From an uncultured Verrucomicrobiae bacterium (lineage in GTDB: Bacteria > Verrucomicrobiota > Verrucomicrobiia > Limisphaerales > Palsa-1400), in assembly GCA_963707025.1 (NCBI GenBank), contig CAVPOM010000004.1, forward strand, positions 640,001 through 704,000: a stretch of DNA of 64,000 nucleotides. The letters are read 5' to 3'. A model generated the notes under the pieces. It saw only the letters and a list, made by a program, of their open reading frames with translations. It did no database searches and was not told the origin of the DNA. The translations under genes were made by a program, and so were the position numbers. Positions 59,953 to 64,000 of the stretch are shown piece by piece (the first letter of the stretch is position 1; the number at the start of each line of letters is the position of its first letter).

Positions 59953-62721
59953 TTACTGCTCCTTCGGGGAGGAGACGGTGGGGGAGGAGACGGCGGCGGC
60001 GGTCAGCGGCCTCTTGAGCAGCGCGATGTAGTCGGCCATGATGCGCCGGGTTTCCGTCAGGGCGGGATCGGTCGCGGCCGGGTCTTCCCCGGCGGCGGCG
60101 GCTTCGACGGGATCCGGGTCGTCGTCGGGGGCAGTGGTTGGCTTGGGTTTGACTTCCGGCGCATGCAACCCGGCCAGGTCCACGTTTTTGAGGGTGATCT
60201 CATAGATCTTCTCCCCGGATTTGGGCCGGGAGGCGCGTTCCTTCTTTCTGGCCTGCAGGCGGGCCGCGGTGGCGCTCTGCTCGGCCAGCCGTTCCGCCTC
60301 GTTGAGGGAAATGCTTTTGTCGGCCAGCATTTTTCGATACTCGTTAATGTCCTCCTGGAGATAGGCAAAATCTTTGTCGGTCGCGCGGCGGTTGAGGGAG
60401 CGTTTGAGCAATTCGGGCAGATAGGGCTTGACCTGATTGAAGTCGGGCAAATCATCGCTGGTGACATCATCCCACGGCAGCGGATTGGGCAGCCAACTTT
60501 CCCCGACCTCCGCGTAATTGAGGATGGAGGGCAGAACGATGTCGGAAACCACCCCGTTGCTTTGGGTGGAGGAACCGCCCGCGCGATAGAATTTCTTGAT
60601 GGTGACCTTGAGCGAACCGGGATCGTAAGCAAACGGCATGTGCGTCCTGGCCATGGCCTCGCTCATGGGTTGCACCATCTGCACGGTTCCCTTGCCGAAA
60701 GTGGCTTTGTCCCCCACGATCAAGGCGCGCCCGTAATCCTGCAACGCCCCCGCCACAATTTCCGAGGCCGACGCGCTCAAGCGGCTGGTCAGGACGATCA
60801 ACGGCCCGTCGTACAAGGCGGGTTGGTCGGGTGTGGATTCGGTTTCCGTGGTGCCGCGACGGCCGGGTCCATCCGGCGACCTGGTTTGCACCACCGGGAC
60901 CTGGCCTTTGACGAACAAGCCGGTCAGCTTGATCGCTTCCTCCAGAAAACCGCCGCCGTTGCGCCGCAAATCCAAAATGATCCCGTCCACATTCTCCTTT
61001 TTCAGCCGGTTAATGATCCGGGCCACGTCTTTGGAGGTGCTGCCGTGCTCGCGCGGCGGTTCGCCGGGCGGGTCCGGCTCGGTGTCCGCATAAAACGAAT
61101 TCAAATCAATCACGCCGACACGGGTGGGCGGGGCGCTGCTGCTGGTGGGGGTTTGGTAAAACTGGGCTTTGGCCGCCTGGTCCTCCAGTTTGATGACATC
61201 CCGCACCAGGGTGATGGTTTTTTGGCGCTCGGAGGGATCGGTCGGATGGGCTTTGACGATGGTCAGGTTCACCGCCGTGCCTTTGGGGCCGCGGATCATT
61301 TCCACCACCTTGGTCAGCGGCATGCCCGTCACCGTCACCGGCTCCTGCCCTTGTTGGGCCACGGCCACGACGGTGTCGTCGTTGGTGAGCTGGCCGGATT
61401 TTGCCGCCGGACCTCCCGCGACCAGATCTTCCACTTTGCAATCCCCGTCCTCACTCCGCAAACGGGCGCCGATGCCGGAGAGGGACAGGTGCATGTCTAT
61501 GTTGAATTTCTCCATCGAAGCGTGCCCCATGTAATCGGAGTGCGGATCGTAGGCGTGGGCCAGCGCCGTCAGGTAGTATTCCAGCACGTAATCATCGTTG
61601 GTCAGGTCGTTGTAATTCTTCAGCAATCCGGTGTAGCGCTTGGTCAGCGTCTTGACGATTTCCGCCGGGTCCTTCCGGTTCAACTCCACCACCCCCTTGA
61701 GTTTGGGCGCCGGCCCGGATTCCGCGGGGGCGGGGCTGTTGGTCTCCGCCGCCGTGTCGGCGGGATGGAGGAAAGTGATGCTGCCAAGGCGTTTGCCATC
61801 CTCGGAATAAAAGTTGTTGGTGATTCTGCGCTGAGTCTCCTTGGGCGAAATCTGCAGCCGCACGATGACGTTTGACCCGGCGGGGGTGATCGCGCCGAAT
61901 TCATGATGCTCCTGATCCAGGAATTTGCCGGGGAGCAGCCATTCCAGCGGCACGGGAAACTCAAACAGACGCCGGTCGCGGGGATCATCCGGGAACTCTC
62001 CGGGGTGAGGCGGCGGCCTCATCCCGTCGGGCAATGCCGCCGTGGTTTTGACGGACACGGAATTGGTGTACGCGGCGGGCAGCAAAATCACCACGTTGCT
62101 CTGCGCGTCAAAACTGGCCGGCCCGGAAATCGCCATGTCCCCCTCCTTGAGCTTTTCATCCAGGTACTCCAGGCGCAATTCCTGGCGCCAAAGCTGATGG
62201 GCCTCGTCCAGGTTGGTGGGATTGGGCAGGGTGTGGCGGTTGGGGATGAAACGATCGTGGTTGGTGAATTCAAAAGTCTCCGTATGCAGCAAATTGGTCA
62301 CATAAGCGGTCTGTTCGGCCGCCCGCTCCATGAAACGCGAAAATATAACCGTGGACGGGGAGAAATCATGTTCGCGCTCCGACAACACCGGCAGGTTGCT
62401 GCGGTAAACGTCGAACTGCTTGAGATCGGATTGCAAAAAGTAAATATGCCTGCCGTCAAAGATATCGAGGTAGCGGTCCAGGAATTTGCTGGACATCCCC
62501 GCGTCAAACGGATGATGCGAATAATGCCATTGCTCCAGCAATTTGGGCACCAGGGCGGTGATGTTGCCTTCGGTTAAGTCGCGGTTGGCCTCGGAGATGT
62601 CCCCGGCATTGGCGGCCGGATGGCCCGGGGCGCCCAGGGCCTGGTCTTGGGCGCGCGCCGCGGCTGGAAAAACGGCCAGAACCAGCGCCAGCCGGCAGCC
62701 ATGATAAAATGGAACTCTCAT
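59953..62721 (-). CDS. prc: Carboxy-terminal processing protease (Prc/Tsp, S41A) with a large insertion
   Basis: YDPHSDY, PDZ LSGIGARL, ILDLRRNGGGFL, SASASEIVAGALQDYGRA, TFGKGTVQ, C-terminal DUF3340-like region. Confidence 0.92.
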   Translation of the reverse strand: MRVPFYHGCRLALVLAVFPAAARAQDQALGAPGHPAANAGDISEANRDLTEGNITALVPKLLEQWHYSHHPFDAGMSSKFLDRYLDIFDGRHIYFLQSDLKQFDVYRSNLPVLSEREHDFSPSTVIFSRFMERAAEQTAYVTNLLHTETFEFTNHDRFIPNRHTLPNPTNLDEAHQLWRQELRLEYLDEKLKEGDMAISGPASFDAQSNVVILLPAAYTNSVSVKTTAALPDGMRPPPHPGEFPDDPRDRRLFEFPVPLEWLLPGKFLDQEHHEFGAITPAGSNVIVRLQISPKETQRRITNNFYSEDGKRLGSITFLHPADTAAETNSPAPAESGPAPKLKGVVELNRKDPAEIVKTLTKRYTGLLKNYNDLTNDDYVLEYYLTALAHAYDPHSDYMGHASMEKFNIDMHLSLSGIGARLRSEDGDCKVEDLVAGGPAAKSGQLTNDDTVVAVAQQGQEPVTVTGMPLTKVVEMIRGPKGTAVNLTIVKAHPTDPSERQKTITLVRDVIKLEDQAAKAQFYQTPTSSSAPPTRVGVIDLNSFYADTEPDPPGEPPREHGSTSKDVARIINRLKKENVDGIILDLRRNGGGFLEEAIKLTGLFVKGQVPVVQTRSPDGPGRRGTTETESTPDQPALYDGPLIVLTSRLSASASEIVAGALQDYGRALIVGDKATFGKGTVQMVQPMSEAMARTHMPFAYDPGSLKVTIKKFYRAGGSSTQSNGVVSDIVLPSILNYAEVGESWLPNPLPWDDVTSDDLPDFNQVKPYLPELLKRSLNRRATDKDFAYLQEDINEYRKMLADKSISLNEAERLAEQSATAARLQARKKERASRPKSGEKIYEITLKNVDLAGLHAPEVKPKPTTAPDDDPDPVEAAAAGEDPAATDPALTETRRIMADYIALLKRPLTAAAVSSPTVSSPKEQ

Positions 62722-63013
62722 GCTAATCTTCTCATGCCCACAGCATCGCCGATTGCCCCGCGAATATCAAATGCAAAGAATCACCCATGTCGCGAAACCC
62801 CAGGATTTAACCCGCGCATTTCATTCCCCATGGGTGGAATCCCGATCCAATCGGGACCCGGCGGAATATGGCGGACAACCATTCTGTAAAAAAAACTGCG
62901 TCTCACAGCAGGTATTCGTCGCCCGCTCCGGTCGGCGGGTTGCCGACCGTCACAGGTCCCGACTGCATCGGGATGCCAACCACGGGGTGGGGAGCGGGTA
63001 TGAAAAGTCCGGG

Positions 63014-63790
63014 TCAATCCAGGCGCGCTCCACGACGGCCCGGACGCGGAGGCGAACAACGTTGCAGCGCCAACTTGCGTGCGCCAAGCCGGTGGGAAAC
63101 TGCCGCCAGACCGGCCAGACTCAGGGCCAGGAGCCACAGGGTTGTGCCGGTGTCGGGAACAGGAGAATCTCCGGTGTAAACCAATTGGTTTTGGCCTGCG
63201 TTCCCGCTGGAATCCCACAATTCCAGGATTTCCACCCCGAATTGATCGGAACTGGCGGCCGTTTCCAGGTTGGCGCCCAGCGCGCCTGCCGCCAAGTCAT
63301 AGAAAGGATTTCCCGCGCCGCCAAATGCGAAGGAACCCCCGCCACTCTGACCCCCTTGCAAATACCAAAGGGCCGACTGGAGCAGACCGGCGTTTTGCGA
63401 CCGGCTGACCGCGCCATTGTTGCCAAAATCATAACCCGCCAATTGGCCCTGCGCGAATTGGGAGTAAAGGTAGGCCGCGCCCTCCGTCAGGGACCGTCCC
63501 TGGCTGTCCACGCTGCCTGTCGTATAATTATAAGTGACGCCCCCGTAAAAATACACATCCGCTTCCACGCAAAAGGTCTGGAAACCGGTTTGGTTGCCGA
63601 CGGCAAGCTGGGTGGTGGGGGCATAGAATTGGGCAAATCCGTCCGGCGCAGTCACCGCCGTAAACTCGCCGCCATCGGCAAAATAATTAGCCCTCTGCGT
63701 CAGGACAATCGTATTGGCCATGGCGGCGGGAGCCACGGCGACCGCGCCCAGAAACACCCCCGCCAAACTAATGCTGTTAAATTTCATCAT
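63014..63790 (-). CDS. Surface protein with VPDSG-CTERM-like sorting signal
   Basis: Signal peptide; FQTFCVE; C-terminal PVPDTGTTLWLLALSLAGL followed by a basic tail. Confidence 0.82.
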   Translation of the reverse strand: MMKFNSISLAGVFLGAVAVAPAAMANTIVLTQRANYFADGGEFTAVTAPDGFAQFYAPTTQLAVGNQTGFQTFCVEADVYFYGGVTYNYTTGSVDSQGRSLTEGAAYLYSQFAQGQLAGYDFGNNGAVSRSQNAGLLQSALWYLQGGQSGGGSFAFGGAGNPFYDLAAGALGANLETAASSDQFGVEILELWDSSGNAGQNQLVYTGDSPVPDTGTTLWLLALSLAGLAAVSHRLGARKLALQRCSPPRPGRRGARLD

Positions 63791-64000
63791 ATTATTATTT
63801 CCGGAAAAAAGCCCTCAACGTGTCCCATTATCATCCACGCGCTGTCTCATTGTTAAGCACCTTCCATTCCGCGCATCCTTGCGAATCGAGTCGGTCCGGC
63901 GGGCTCCAGTCTTTGGTGTGAAATCCAAGCATTATTTTCAAAGTGCTAATCTTCAATATGTTACAACAGGATTTGCATTCCAAAGGCTGGGAGAAACGAC

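Noticed and set aside
62720..63856. 378-aa plus-strand ORF
   Set aside because: Antisense to the VPDSG-CTERM-like gene and spans REP-like palindromes.

Overview
GC-rich bacterial chromosome segment, most likely Verrucomicrobiota/PVC (VPDSG-CTERM-like protein, DUF1501 + PSD1/DUF1553 pair). Bases 1-10331 are the end of a genomic island anchored at tRNA-Arg(ACG). The island holds an E2-E1(ThiF)-JAB ubiquitin-like conjugation fusion, a TM0106-type nuclease-helicase, a decayed integrase, a transposon remnant and an intact integrase with a Xis-like gene. The rest is mostly core genome: a TetR/ABC/TolC efflux operon, gmd, mreBCD-mrdA-rodA-rng, larE, uvrC, secA, cytochrome c maturation genes, rho, an LMW-PTP/RpiB/GlyA triple fusion, purD and prc. 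Small accessory inserts interrupt it: two toxin-antitoxin pairs and a translationally coupled ABC-type ATPase (DUF3696) + PIN nuclease + RNA ligase cassette at 46673-49310, the best candidate for an undescribed system. About ten frameshifts fall in conserved genes, several at homopolymer runs, which suggests assembly indel errors rather than pseudogenes. All family calls come from motif recognition by eye; no database searches were run.
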